The position numbers were made by a program, and so were the translations under genes. The notes below the pieces were generated by a model. The model made no database searches. It saw only the letters and a list, made by a program, of their open reading frames with translations, and was not told the DNA's origin. From Lingula anatina (lineage: Eukaryota; Animalia; Brachiopoda), in contig CM120640.1 in the NCBI GenBank assembly GCA_051362555.1, positions 37,033,967 through 37,097,966 of the forward strand: a stretch of DNA of 64,000 nucleotides, written 5' to 3'. Below, piece after piece: positions 1-15,100 of the stretch (its first letter is position 1; each line of letters starts with the position of its first letter).

Positions 1-255
1 AAATACAATCTATGATTATATTTTCTTATTAGTAGTAAAATACTTTTATTCAAGAAGGAAAGTTACATGTGCTTTTTTTGAAAACTGTAGTCAAATAATT
101 AATGTTTTTTTCGATCTGATATGTTCTTATCCAAAGATTTATTCTGAATTACAGTTAATAGAGACTGTGAAATTATAGCATTGAAAACTGCATAGTTTTG
201 ATGTAGTAATTTTTAGTGATGCATGCAGTTGTAATGGTTTTACTTTATATTCCAG

Positions 256-2092
256 TGAAGAAAGGCAGTTCTACACCGAGAATCTGCAAACGCTACTTAA
301 AGCAGCATCGAGCATGGGTGCAGGAACAAGTGAAACAGATCAAAGCATATTTTCTCTGTCATGAGTAAGAATTTCCTAGTTCTTAAATCTTTACTCCACC
401 AACAAACAAGCTAAGATTGATTATCAGTCACAAAAAGTCCTTGTGTGTAAAGGAAATGGCATGCCGTTTTAAAGCGTTAAAACTATGTTTGAAGGATAAA
501 ACTGACTATATACATGCATTTCATGAAAGTAATATGAATACAGAAAGACACCTTCGCTTCAGTCTTTTTTATCTAGATTTTGGGATGAGACTGCCATTTA
601 GTGAAAAATTCAGAATATATGGCATGGGGTCCAAGGGACTGCTGAGGCCAATGATATTTTTGACTCTAGAAAGGTCAGAAATCTGCTGATCGATGAAAAA
701 ATCTCATTCCTGTACATAGACAAAATATTTCTGATTTCAGTATATTCAGTGTAGAGGAGGGTAATCTTATGGAGGGGGCACCTTCAGAGTTTACCCACTG
801 CCTGATGACAGCCTATGCCAGTAATGTGATGAACTCTAGCACAGGTTGGTAGCTTAGAATTCTCCTGTATGTGTTTTATGCCTAATGGTTGTCTTTAGCT
901 TTACTTCAACACAAGACACTTGACATTGTGGTAACCACAATCAGTCCATCAGGCAAGAGTAAAACAATATTAAAACTAATCATAGATATGAGAAAATATG
1001 ATACACAATGACCAAATCAATTACTGTTGTAGTAATGGGTTAAAACAAAAGGTACAAATAAAGGTGGAAGCTTTGATTAACAAATGTTAGAAACAAAGGC
1101 ATCAATTTTTTGTGCAGTTGTCATGGACAGTAATAAGCAAATTACAGGGTTAACATATATAACAGATCAATTCAAACAGATCTCATTTTGAATGAGATGA
1201 AGAAAAGGGCCATTGAAACACCACCTGCAAACCTAAATTCAGTATTAAATGTTATTGTTTTATTCATTTGCCTTCAAAGCAGATGATATGTAATGATTCA
1301 CAATGAATTTTTTTCTCCTGTTTAGGAATGAAATCTCTAAACCAGATTTACAACTTTGTGTTGAACAACAAAGACTGGATTGTGGCCCAGCTTGACATTC
1401 CACTCCTTGTCCCAGCACTAGAGCCACCTTGTGGTCATGAATTTAAGTGTGATTTCCAACCTCCTTGTGTCAAGGAATATAATCCTTTGGAACAATTCCA
1501 GAAGATAGGACTTTTTTCATTTGACCATGTAAGTTATATTATTACATATATTTTATGAATTGTTGTTTTTTTTTACCTGGACCTTGTACCATCTTGAATG
1601 TATGATGGGTCCAAACCTGGGCCATATTTTCAGCTGTGCTTGTACGTGTACATAAATATAATGCCTTGCCCCTTTTTAAAGAACAATTCATTCCCTTACT
1701 CAATATGCAAGGCTAAGGAATACATGTTACCATTTGCTTGGCTGTACATTTGGGGATATTTTTTAAATTTACATGAGGGATGGTTAACAAGTATCATAAT
1801 CTTGTTGAAAATACTTTTAAAATGGTTGATTTTGCTGTTTGGAATGTTAATTGGCTCTTAGCCTGTTAAACCACGCCTTTTTGTTTTTCTGTTATAGAAT
1901 TACATCACTGAATTTGCTTTCAACTGGACAGAGTTACTGAAAAGTGACCTGGGTCTCAGTGAGCTTGGCTTCAAGACTCTTCTCTACCACAGACATGACA
2001 TGCAAGATGGGGCATATTTGGAACAGGGAGAAAAGAAACCTGTTCAAGCTCTGAAAGCTAAATTTGATGTTGAACCAGCGGAGTTGGTTTGA
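256..2092 (+). CDS. 3' portion of an unidentified spliced protein-coding gene (5' end outside the window)
   Basis: Phase-consistent exons 256-364, 741-844, 1326-1528, 1898-2092 with GT-AG introns. They join to ...KKGSSTPRICKRYLKQHRAW...GMKSLNQIYNFV...FDHNYITEFAFNWTELLKSDLGLSELGFKTLLYHRHDMQDGAYL...AELV*. Family not recognised. Confidence 0.8.
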
Positions 2093-2838
2093 TAATGTGG
2101 TGCAATCAATATAAGTGTCTTCATTGTACTTACAGGACCTCTAATACATGTATTTGTATGTTCGTTGTGCCAATATTTATTTTTATATGTAGTATGTTAA
2201 AGTTGATAATCTCTCCCTTTTGTACTGCACAGTACTCGTGTATTGGGAATTACAGTATTTTATAATTAAATTAGGTAAATGTCATGTTAAAAGGGCATGA
2301 AATGGAGGCTTCATTATTCAACGGGTGTGTAGCAATACACAAATATGATTACTCACAGTTACAAATAAGTTTTTGCTTCTTCATGATCTGTGATTGTTGT
2401 CTCATCCATACTTAGATTAAATGAGAAACATTTAGTTTTTGTAACTGCATGACAATCGGATTTGTAATTTCTGTCTTTGAATTAAGGTTTTTAATAAGGT
2501 TTTTCTTTTGTCATCATTTTCCTTTTTTCTTTTGTGTAATCTTTATTATTCACCAATGACAATTATTTCTCAGTACTTTATGGTGCAGTGCTCTTATTGT
2601 CAAAAGTTCCTCTTCTCAAAAAATTGGGAAAAATTAGGTTCCGAGGTAATGTTGACATCATCTTTATTAATTTTGAACAAAAACTGACTAGAAATTACCA
2701 AAACCTAATGTAGAATTTTCTTTTTTCAAATAATTTTTGACAAAAATGTTTTACTTGCTTGCTCTAGTCTTTCATGAAATATGTAAAAGTGCTAAAAAAT
2801 CTCTAAAAAACAGAAACATGTATGTGAAAAACAATAAT

Positions 2839-4672
2839 TTATGGAATAAATTCCCATACAAAACCAGAAGACAGTCCATAATTTTCTTCTTTGCATTCAT
2901 CTGTTAAGTCATACTCAGCAATTAATCTTAATTTTGTCCTAATGGGATGGTCCAACATGTAAATCCTGCAAGGATCCCCGACAAAAATCTTTGTGTTCTG
3001 GCCTGCAAGCATGTCCATCCATTCCAGCACTCTGTCTGAAATGTCTTTGTCATAAAACATATCTCCCAGCAGAAGGATGTCCCAATGTTTGGAGTGACCT
3101 ATAAGGTTTTCTGTAGATATTTCAATGTTTGGATAAACTCCATTTAATTCTGCATTCATCTGAATGGCAAGAGCCGCCACTAAAAAAGAGTAAAAAAAGA
3201 TAATTACCGAATTGAATTTTTATTGTTGTTCATATGTAATGGTATCAGATTGTGACATATGTAAGTGGAATTTCAGTGTTAAAACAGTAAGCTATTTGTG
3301 ACATAATGTAAGAAATATTGTTTAATTTTAAAAAAGAAAATATTGAAGTGATATAATATATATAAAAATGTTTGAACATAAAAATCTGCTTCTTAAGAAA
3401 GTAAAGCACAATTGTACCAGGATCTATGTCATTTGCCAAAACCTGTTTTGCTCCCATCATGGCAGCAGCTATTGCACTGGCTCCACATCCACTGCCTATG
3501 TCAGCAACCACTTTACCTGCTACTTCTTTACCATTGTCCAATAAGTACCTGATATGAAATACACATATATAGATGAATACTGCAGAATGAGGATATGGAA
3601 TACAGCACACAATGGCACTAGCTGCTAATGGGTGGGGAACCTTTTGGAACAACTTGAAAACCAGTATGCATGTGAAATGTAGTTACTACCAGATTAGTTA
3701 TAATAATTCTACCTTTAATTTTTAATAAAATGTACATTCTTATGAATAATGCTTGAAAAGCTTCTTTCACAAAATAAGGTTACCCCCTGCAAAACTAAAT
3801 AAATTATATAAAAAATAAGATTTTTTAAAGTAAAATGACGTGTCCTAGCTATTTCCATTTATGTCGATTTCTTCTATCAACAATAATTAATATACAGTCA
3901 CCCCAAGTTGCAGAAATAACTAGCCTCTATTCTCAGCATGCCAACTGAAAATCCTAGATGCAAGCTGCTAACACTAGGGCTGCAAACAGTCAATATATTT
4001 ACCTGGTCAAAGCTTGCCCCCCTGGCCAGTAGAATGCCCAGTAAGGGTCACTGAAAATGCAGTCCTCTATGCCTGCATACCACAGAGGACATGTGGGAGT
4101 CATTAGATGTAACTGAAGTTCTGGAGTCAGGTGGTTTGTTGTGACCTCGGTATGTTTTTTGATCAGCTCCCTGTAGTCCGAAGACCTGCTTGCGTTATGG
4201 TTTTGTTGTGTGCAGTACTGGTATGTTCTAAAAAAAAAAAGACATTTTTTTATTATTGAGCCATTTAAAAAATCCATATATTACCACAGCAGTGAAACCA
4301 TCTATTTTACTTGATATAAAAAGATGCAAAAATTAAGTTTTCAATAATTCTAAACATCAGCACATTTTTTTACATACCAAGGAGAACAGAGGCTGAATAA
4401 CACCATCGGATGTAATATCAATTAACATTCTATTAATAAAATACACAATGTCCATCTGTATACTGTAAATGTATGCTTGGTGTTTATACATGTAGATCGA
4501 CAACATGTCAATGTAAAAAATTCATAATGAAAATGGACAATGAAAGACTAGGCCAGAGACAGGATAAAATAGACCTGCACTTTCTTTAGACATACCCTGA
4601 TCTTTTTCTCTTGGCAACTTCTGACAGTGGAGACTTGGAGAAAATTTTTATTCTTCTTGTTAAATTCATCAT
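2839..4672 (-). CDS. ETFBKMT: Electron transfer flavoprotein beta subunit lysine methyltransferase (METTL20-like)
   Basis: Exons 4672-4596, 4227-4003, 3548-3418, 3179-2839 are in phase. Motifs DPYWAFYWPGGQALTRY, SAM-binding DIGSGCGAS, NDIDP, LLGDMFYD, GDPCR. The basic N-terminus resembles a mitochondrial targeting peptide. Confidence 0.93.
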
Positions 4673-5099
4673 ACTGTCACTTCCATGGCGGGCTTTCTAT
4701 AGAACAGAGACATAGATCTACTTACTAAAATGCATGTAGTAGTATATCATATAATAGCATGTAAATAAAATCTTTTAAATGTCATTGCATGTTACATTTT
4801 CTGTAAATTGGAAGGTGATTAATTGTACGTTTTCATATAAGATTAATCACTAAAATTGGCAGAGATTCTTTTGCACAGATTTCTTAACTAGTATCAGTAG
4901 TAAGTACAATGAATGTTACACTGTCAATGTACATGTACGCTGTACATGTAATTTGTAAATAACGTACTGACTGCAGTATAGTTCGTTTCCAACAAACTGT
5001 CAGACAAGGATTTCATGCATGAGACTCTTAATTGGATTCTTCTCCCAGCTAGCTCAGTGAGGAAACTACTATTATCGTGCAAACTGTCTCATTTTCAAT

Positions 5100-5222
5100 A
5101 AAATTCTTGCCCTGAAGGCCTAGGTCTGTGACAACTCGTGGTCCCACTGATTATACACTGTCGCCCGGAAGAAGGGGAATCCGTGACGTAGCAAGACCAT
5201 GTGACCGTGGTATTTTATCAAC
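5100..5222. promoter_or_regulatory. Likely bidirectional promoter between ETFBKMT and the SWAP70-like gene
   Basis: Divergent genes. CpG-enriched segment with ETS-like CCGGAAG (~5165), CRE-like TGACGTA (~5184) and E-box CATGTGAC (~5198) just before the ATG at 5223. Confidence 0.55.
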
Positions 5223-6089
5223 ATGGCGTTTGAAGAGAAGAGGAAGTGCATTTGGCATGCATTTAACGCTCTAGACGAACACCAAAACGATGCTGTTCAA
5301 GTGTCACAATTAAAGGTATGGTTGGAATATGCCTTATGCAAAAGTTTAGAAAGTTTGGGATTGAACTAAGAATCGAAAGTTACTTTTTGCACCACATTAA
5401 TGAGATATGCTCCAGGTCACTGCATTGCTTTAAACTGTATCAACATCCTGGGAGTGCCAAGGGGAGACGCAAAAATGTATTGCAATTTCAACAGTGGCAT
5501 TTTAAAACACGTTTGTAGTGTGTAAAATAAGTTTATTTAATCCTTTTGTGAGTTACCCGTTATCTGTTTGGAAAACTGTAACTCGATCTATATTATGAAT
5601 GAGGAAGTTTGCATACTGATGTATTCATGTAATCAGTACGTAATTTGAATTATGTCAAGCAGAATTAATGTGCTCACTTCCTTGATTGAAGTTTATCTTG
5701 AGGGCAGTGATTCATATCAAGTGAAAAAAATAAACGGTAAAAATCACGACTAGTTGGAAAACGATTTTAAATTTACATGTTTACCCTTTATTAATTAGAG
5801 TTTTAAACTACACGTTTTGTAAAAACATCTCACATGTTACTGTTAGTATCCATGTACAGTAATGATTCATGATGGGGGAGTTTGATTGTCATATCAGATT
5901 CTGATATGAAGCCAGGGTTGTGAATAAAACTCATTCACAAATTTAGGCATAACGGTGATTTAAGATGTCTCATGTCTTGTTAAACATGAACACATGCACA
6001 TGTTTACACAAAACTGTCTGATGCAAACTGCATTATTTATTTAAATTGTGATTTAATTTTATTATTTTCCTAATTTTTGGTCAATAAAT

Positions 6090-6129
<40 letters not shown>

Positions 6130-9100
6130 TTATTAATGTTGCAAACAGAAGAAGCTTGTTAACAGTGTGTAAATCATTACTAGGGATTCCCAGGTGAAGT
6201 GTAGATAAAAAGGGCTTGTTTTAAAAACAAGCCAACTAGGCAGTTCCGAATGAAGCTTTCTTGGCCTTTAAACTTTTTTCTATTTTAGTCAATTGAGATT
6301 AAATCCAAAAGTATTCAGTGATTAGAAAGATTTATGATTTTATGAAGTTTTGACTCTTATCAGACAAAAAGGCTTTCAATAAAAACCTTGTTTTATGATC
6401 TTGGCTGATAAAAAATGAACCACACCTTTAAAGTCTTACGCCTGATGAACTTTTCTCCTAAACAATACCTTGAGATTGTGAAATTGGTCTTTCATTGTCT
6501 CATGTATAAAGATGATAAAAATGAATCTTTTTAAAGATACTGAACTGTTTTTTTTTACCTGTAGGACATGACAGAAAGGTCAAAACAACAAGTCTCACTG
6601 GTAAAAATATGTTTGGTCTTTTAGAAATGTTTTTCTTTTTTTTGTGCCAATGCCTTAAAATTGCATGGATATCTGTTCTGTAGTGACTGAGAGAGAAAAA
6701 AATGAATCCCAAACTAACTTTTTGATGCAAAACTATGCTGCTGCATTAGCAAACTAAGGAACTGTAGTTTTTAAAAAGGCATCTGAATACTAGTATGTGA
6801 AAAATTAATTATCTTCAATTATCAGTTAGTTGTTAGTTGCATGGTAATAGTGCTTTTGTGTCTACTCATCAAAATACATACCCCCCTTTAGTGGATATTG
6901 AACACATGTTTACATACTGTTATTGCATTTATATCTCCAAACTTAAGTAGCCTATTGTTTTCTCAAATTGGACAGGTTATTAATTAAAAGATCCAAGTCC
7001 GTTTTGAAGTTTTCTAAGAAGGGTGTAAATCAGAATGTAAATACTGATACTATTTAGCAGTCTCATAGGTAGCTCAAAGGTACTGATTATTGTGACCTAC
7101 AGATAGATAAGTAAATTTATTTAATCATTGACTGACATGTAATTTTTTTCACATTGACTCAGACTCTTTTATTTGAGATATATATTTTTTTGGGGAAATT
7201 TCACATGAAGTGTAAAAAAATGAAATTAAAAAAAAAAATGACAAAACACATAAGTTGATTAACAGGTCTGTAACTAGCAAGGGTCCTTTTTCTGAAAAAG
7301 TATACCTTTTAGCATGAAACCCTTGTGTACCTTGATCAAATTTTACCCAGAGCAGACCTTTTCCGGACAAAAGGTCACTTCGTTCGAACCCTGTGAACCC
7401 CCCCTGGCTACAGGCTTGATTAACAAAATGTGCCTTTTTGTAAACAGGGTTGGTAGACAGAATTAATTTGGGTTTTTAAAACAGATGATGTTTAATTACA
7501 ATGTTTAATGGGCACAGGAGTCAAATTTTTGTGTCACTAGGATTTTTTTACTTGGGAGTGGGGGTCTAATCTGTAGTGTGGACACTTTTTGAGCATGAAA
7601 ACCAAACATTACAACAGCATCAAAATTGTACCTAGTGTCAGTTGTAAATTTTCCTATTTACTAGTAACAAACCTATCCCCAATGCCTTTTTGTCTACTAG
7701 TAAGGAAATGGTGCAGAAATCTGATTTCTACAAAATTAGGGTTGGTTGCACTCATTAACCAACTTATTAATTTTGTCTGACCTTCCTTTCAGGTGGCTAC
7801 TATCTGATTTATTCTGGATTGAATTAGATCAAAATTATGGGTCATAAATTTAAAGTGACAAAGTGCAGGATTTTAAACATATGATAGGGGCATAAACCAC
7901 TTCTTGTTGAACTTGCTTGAGGACAAGAAATGCTTCTTGATCATATTTTAACAGATAAATGCCATGAAATAATGTCTCCTAAAAATGATCAACTTTACCA
8001 TCTTTTTACAAAGCTCCCCGTTTTGACACAGTGTAAAATAATATGGAATCTGGAATTTTGGTTCAAGTATTGAGCTCAAAGAGATGTCAGAAATTGAGAA
8101 TTAAAGCATGGGTTGATATTGTTAAGTTATATAGTACGGTGAGTGTCAGAGGATGGTCAGAAAAAATACAGTTTAGCCCAGGAAAATTCACGAAGTATGA
8201 GCTTTTTGCTGGAAAACTAATCCTGTGCCCCTTTAGGGTCAATTTTAGACTACTAGTACATTCTTTTGTTTAACTGGGCACTTGGCAACAGTGCAATTTT
8301 GGTTTTGTAGGTATGCTCCTTAACAACATGTACTGCAGACTTGTTGAACTAAAAAAGTATGTTATTCATACCTTGCAGCATTTAATGTATATTATTGCCT
8401 TCTTATCTGATAACGTGTTTCTATCAGGTGCAGGACGTATACAGTATATGTGAACCATAAAAAAGGCAATCATTTTATCAGTGTCAAGTATGTTACAAAA
8501 CATTAAGGTCATGTAGCTTATATGTGATATTTTTTATGATGGACCTATTTATGCAGTTATAATGCATAATGAAGAGTGGTGTCTTCGTAATGCTGTAAAA
8601 AGTGCCCTGTTTAGACATTTTGTTCTACTTGCTAGCTTGTCTCAGCTTTTCATCTCCAACATGAAAACTTAGAACTATGTTTTCTGTTTGAATGTTGGAA
8701 ATGAAAAAGCCCAAGCCATCAATGAATCTTATGAAGTCAAAGACTGAAGCAATGTTTCATAATTGATATATAATCCAACTATGTATTAGTTACAGTAAAT
8801 CTTAAAATATATTTCTAGAATAATCAGAAAAGAGGATTTGTACTCAACAAATGATATCGATATGTATTATATATCATTTGGGTTTTCTGTTACTTCCAGG
8901 TACTAACTCATAACATAGCCAACACTTTGGGTGTACAGCGAGCAGAACAAAGTTTAGACATGCACCAGTCTTCGACAGCTCTCGGTTTTAAAGACTTCCT
9001 TCATATCGTCCAGTCGGAAATATTTGACCCACTTTTGAACTCCCCCAATGAAGTCGATTACAATAAAGTAGATGAAGTGTGCTGGATGGTATGTAGTAAG

Positions 9101-12100
9101 AAATACCTAAAGCGTGAACAGGCTGTCCTCAGTGATGATGGAGTGTACAAACTTTGGAGAGTTTTTAATTTTTTGGCAGAGTGTGACTCTGAGGGCGTGC
9201 CTCTGTTCCCAGTGGTGATGGACTGCGATGAGGTAGCCTTCGTGTTCAAGGAATACACAGAAACGGTCGGGGAGACATGGAATGAAAAAGACTTTGAAAC
9301 TATCAGCAAGGAAATCCCCTTGTTTAATTATCACCAAGTATTGAACTACATGGAGTCCCATTGCGCCAAGGACCAGCAAACCAGTGTGGTCTCGGCAGGC
9401 TTGCAGGAGCTGTATAATCAGTTTATAAATGATGTTATACGAAAGGTAAGTTGTTACGATTCATAATATTATGTTTACAACTATGTGCATGCATGAATGC
9501 GCACAGCTAGGAGCTTATGCAGTGTATGGCATATGCATCACTGTGCAAACAGTATAATTTGACAGAATGATTTCAGTGTCCAGGTATGAATGTGATTTTT
9601 GATGTTTTTTGCTAAGGTATGTAGAATCAAGTATCAAAGATAAAATTTGGGTAAATGTATATTTTAATAAAATAATTAATGCAGTATTACTAATTAAGAG
9701 CAAATTAAGGTTACATGGCATGAAAAGAATATTAATATCTGTAACATCATTAAAAATGTAAAGTGGTTAACTTTTCAAATTGAGTTTGTCCTATTTTTGT
9801 TCTGTAGACAGTTTACTGACATAGATACAACCTAAGTAAAGTTATTGTAAAGATTGTAACAGTAAAGTAAATTTTTGTGTGCAAGAATAAAAAGGAAGGT
9901 ATTGTTTAGTTCAATAAGTTGCTGAACATCATGGGCTTCATTTATTAATCTCAGCTTTAATAAGCCATTATGATGAGATGTAAACCATTAAAGTTCAAGG
10001 TAAGATCCCAGGTAACAGAGCAGTTGTTTGTCATCAGCTCAGAATGAAAATTTTCAGATGTTTATTTTTCCTTTTGTTAATAGAACCTCAGGAATGTGTG
10101 TGGTTGTGTTTTGTCGCGAGCTAATAATTTTTGAGATACAGGTATGTGTCAATGTCAAGCTGATGGCTTTGGTCTACAGTGATGTCACTAGTGGTTGAGA
10201 ATTGTTGTTTCTGCCCCCCCCCCCCCCCATCCCCATTGTCATGCCTGCAGCACAAGTAGATTGTCATTCAAAACACTTTTGAGTATCTCAAAAAATTATT
10301 AGTTCGGGACAAAAGAAAATTTACAAGCTGATATAATAATCATTTTCATTAACAAACTGATGAACTTATTTCAACATGTTTGGTTGTGCATTTGTACAGT
10401 GTGGAGTGATATTGTCGTAGATCTGTTATTGGATTCATTTGCACTGCATTTGCTTCACTGTTTTTATGCTGTCTATGGTGCCTTTGTGATCTAGACAGAT
10501 AATTAATTTGCCCAAGCATAATTTATGTTTAGAGATTCACCTTGGAAAAAAAAGGAAAAAAGAAAAAAGATGATACATTGTGTGTAAGTTTAGATTGAAA
10601 TTTTTATTGAGTTAAAGGAAAGTTCTACTCTTTTCATGCAGGGCTGGATAAAGATAAAAACAAGTTCAGACACATGGGAAGGAAAAATGGTTTGTTTCAT
10701 ATTGGGGATTAACTGGTGTATTTCTATTTATTATGCTATGTCAGTGAGGTAATATGTTACGCTCTGTGCTTTTATGTGTGTATTCATTACTATGCATGAT
10801 GAGAATTTTACATTTTAATTATCCCAATATAAGAACTGGTATCTTGGAAAATTACTCTATTAACCCTAAAATGTTGAGGTTTGTAGACTTAAATAACAAA
10901 TGTGACATATCCTTTATTTTGAAAGCAATATAAACACCAAATATTGTCTCCTTAGAAAATATTTAAGGTTAATCCCCCCCCCCCCCCCAAAAAAAAAAGG
11001 AAAAAAAAAAGAAAGAGAAGTAAATCTATTGAAGCTTCTATGGTATGCCCTTTTTGACATTTGTGAGATTTCAAAGGATTGCGACAGAAGACGTAGATTT
11101 GAAAAAAGTCTTATACATATATAACTTAAAGGCTGAGCTTAGAAGGCTTTAACCTTAGGAAAGATATGCTTGATTGCACCCCTTGAAATCGTAGGCTCTG
11201 CTTGATGAGATTGAAACTCGGGACATTTCATATTAAAAACTGAATGTGGCCTTATTAATGTGTAAGTATTTATGTATGTCACATTAGAGGTAAAGAAAAA
11301 TGCCTGTACGCTCTGATGATTAAAGCACTATAAACTCACCTGCTCAGTGTAAAAAGCTACGTGGTAATAAATAGGATTTATCACGAATAAAATCTTTGAA
11401 GCTAAAGGGTTATCAACAACTTTTACAGATCACCTGAAGATAGCAAAGGACAAACAAGTTTTGACATGACAAATTTTTACAGACTGCATGGATGGTTAAA
11501 GTGCAGGAAAACAAACTGAATTTTATACTGTTATTTTCTTTTTTATTCAGATATTGTTGGTCTGTCCATGTGGAAGCTTTTGCAGTCCACCACAATCTAG
11601 TTACGTCCACAAAAGACAAACCTACTAGTAAATTAGTTTGTAATATTTGATTTAAAATCAGAATACTTTTACAAAAATATCAGACCTTTTGCTTATGTTT
11701 TGCTATAAATACATATACTTTTTATATGTGAAGTCGTATATATCTGTTATAGTCGAAATTTGCTAAGAGGTTACGTGTAGTCATAATGCAGCAGAAACCT
11801 TGCAAAAGGCACGAGAACACAAATATCCAAAAATGGAAGAGAGAGAGCTTCTTAAATGATCTTTGATCAGTATGATGTACAATAAAACATGGTACCAACA
11901 AAACATGAATCATCATCACATGAAATACATATCACTAGTATGTGTTTTTCAACCTTTGGAATGTTTGTCTTATTGTAAAGTGTGATAAAAAGGACATTGC
12001 TTGCTTATGTCAGACAGGTATAGAAGAGAATGCCAAAATCACCCGTATTCTGAGCATGAAATTTTTCTTGATAAATGCTAAGGGAATCCTATGAGGGAGA

Positions 12101-15100
12101 AGAAAAATGGTGTTTGTCTTACTTTTAAGATATATTTTCAGCCACATTTGATCATGTGTGTAGGTACCAGCATGGTGGTAGATAATGACAGTGAAGTTGG
12201 GCAGAAGAGATGTGTTTTGGGTTATAATGTTGTCATTGGTATTATATGTTGCATACTCTCCTGTAAGTTGTGGTTTTGGTACCATGCATGTGGATTCCAT
12301 CAGTTCTTGCAAGATTTTAACATTTTGAGCCATTTTAAAACTTCTTGATTTTGGGGTCAACCTGTACATTTTTACAGGTTTTGCAAAAGTTACATTCATT
12401 CATCATGACAAATACCTCGTACAGCTCAGTCACAGTGCAGACTAAATAACAGACATTTGTAGAACTTCTTTTGCACATCTTGTCCATTAGAGGAAGTGGC
12501 ATCCAGTTTTCTACTGTAATTGGTGAAGATTTACAAGTGAAATCATTTTAAGTGATAAAATTGCAGTACACCAAGTTAAAGACAAGGTCTGAAATCCTGA
12601 GATACGGGTGTACATTAACTTTTAAAATTGGATTTAAAAGATGGCTTGTCCTGATTAAAAAGATGTCCTTTTTGAGTCTTACTTGAATGTCAGATTTTTT
12701 GACGGTGCAAGAACGCTTGCTATTGCTACTCTGCATGTTCTAATGTTATGGAATGCATAAAAGCAGCTAACTGTTGCATATATCTGGTGGCTGCTAGATG
12801 CCCTGGTTATTTATGCCTCTCTATTCAGTACACCTCTTTTATTCAGATGACAAATTTTTTATGGTATTGCTTGCTTAAAACCCAGCAATGTCCTTATGCA
12901 GACTGTTTGATTAATCATGTTCCAATTCTTGTGAGAACACTTGCATGGGCCAACCCATAACTTTCTCTGTCCCCAGTAGATGAAATGTAGAATCGTTGGT
13001 ATTGAAGTGCTTTGTGAAATGGATTGTACTTTTTTACCTAGTGATTTGATTCAGGGGGCATGTATAATGATATATTTATGTGGGGCTTGTATTCATTAAT
13101 GCATGTGTGTGTGGGGGACAATGGAGGTATGGCATGCAGGAGAATAACATGGCAAAGTACACATTTTGAAGTGGTTAATGCAGATAACTACAATAACTAA
13201 TGTAGAGTGGGAAAGGAACATGTGATATCAGTGTTTTTCCACTCTTATTTACATGTGATAGTCTTTAGTGAATGAAATCAGATAAGAAATTTTAATTTTT
13301 GTTAATCCTACATTTTATATACAGACACGTAGTTTGTATGTAGAAAGCTATTTATAGATCACTAATGATCTGTCAGTTTTCACCATTATCATCCCCATCC
13401 ACATATTAAGTAGATTATTTTCAAAAATCATATTATATTTTCAATTGTTGTTTTAAAACATATATTATGGCCCATATTTCCCATTAATGCCAGACCCTAT
13501 TCATGAAATAATGATAATATGTTTGAATATTTTATATGGTTGAAAGTACACTTTTTGTCAGAAACTTGAACTTTGAATAAGATGGTGAATTTCAGAAACT
13601 TTTTATTCAGCTTCTGTTTAAGTCCAGACCAGAGTGACCTATTTATGATTTATGTTCATTAGTTTGGAATAAAAATGTAAAATGAATAGATCTCTTACAT
13701 TTTCAATTTCTATAAGGAAATTTTGCCTCTTTCACTCAAACTGAAAATAATTGTGCCCAAGGCAACTAAGCTGAATCATACAGGTTTGCAAACTTTGCCC
13801 CCATCCTCATCCTTACCGCTTAATTCCTTTAGGCCCCCTGCGTTTCAGTTTTTTGCATTGTCAATTTTTTATCTATTTCTGCTATCTTGAACAAATCTTG
13901 TTTTTGTCTTTATTATTGTACCAAAGGAGCAATTGTTTAAAACATATATATATAACACAAAAATTATTTTTATTTTTTTAATTTATGTTTTAAGAATATC
14001 ACTAAAAATCTATGAAAAATGCAATGTATTGAAGATCATACATTTGACATGCATTTTTCAATTCGTTCTTTTTTCTTTCACAGGGCTGGTTGACCAAAAA
14101 AGGTCATATGATGACCAACTGGAAAGAAAGATGGTTTGTTCTTACTCCAAGTTGTTTGAAATATTTTACCAACAGAGATGAAGTGGAACTTAAAGGAGAA
14201 GTGAGAATTAGCAGCCATGTTAAAGTAGAGGTATGTATGTTTTTTTCCTTCATTTTGAGGAACTGTGTAATTATGTGATGTTGCTGTACCGTAGTAAAAA
14301 TTTTCCTCCAGAAATTTACTTTAGGTTTCTTTTGTGATTATCTTGCGTGTTTACTAAATACATAAAAAATAAACTAAAAAAGCATGTGCATTCTACAATG
14401 AGTGGATCTCTACATACAATTTATGAAAATCCTGGGTAATTTATTATGTCAGAGTCATCTCAACATTAGTCAAATACCATGGCGACAAGCAAGTAGAACC
14501 TTAATTTTTATTTCCCGGAGCCAGTGATTTTTCTTTTTTTATTATTTAAAAAATTTATTATTATATATTATTATTCCCAGTGTCAGTAGAAATGATAGGA
14601 AATAGTTACTATGGAATTGAATCAAGAGTGATACATGAAAAATACAGATCTTACCATGACATTGATCTTGATTCAATATACACAGGATTTTTTTCCATTT
14701 TTGTAATTTTGTAAACCTTGTTGCCAGTAAATTTAGAAACATCATTTAAAAGCATCATTCAGATATACTTTTTTGTATTGGTCAGTAATATTGAGGTCTG
14801 TCTATAATTTATTAGCAAGAGGATCAATGAGTCAGTTTTTGCAAGTTTGGAAGTAATTTTTTAAACCAGAAGCCATTAGATTTGACATTTACTTGCCTTG
14901 TGCTCATCACTTTCATCTAATCTTACAAAGAGCTGGTGGTACTTGGTCAGGAGGCAGCCCTCACCTCTGTCTAATACTATTTAGGTCACAAGCAAGCACA
15001 GGTTACTTTAGTGAAATAACACAGCCTTGCTCATATTTGGTAAAGTATTGAAGTTTTTTAATTAAGAAATACTGAAACCAGAAATGGATCACCATTTGCA

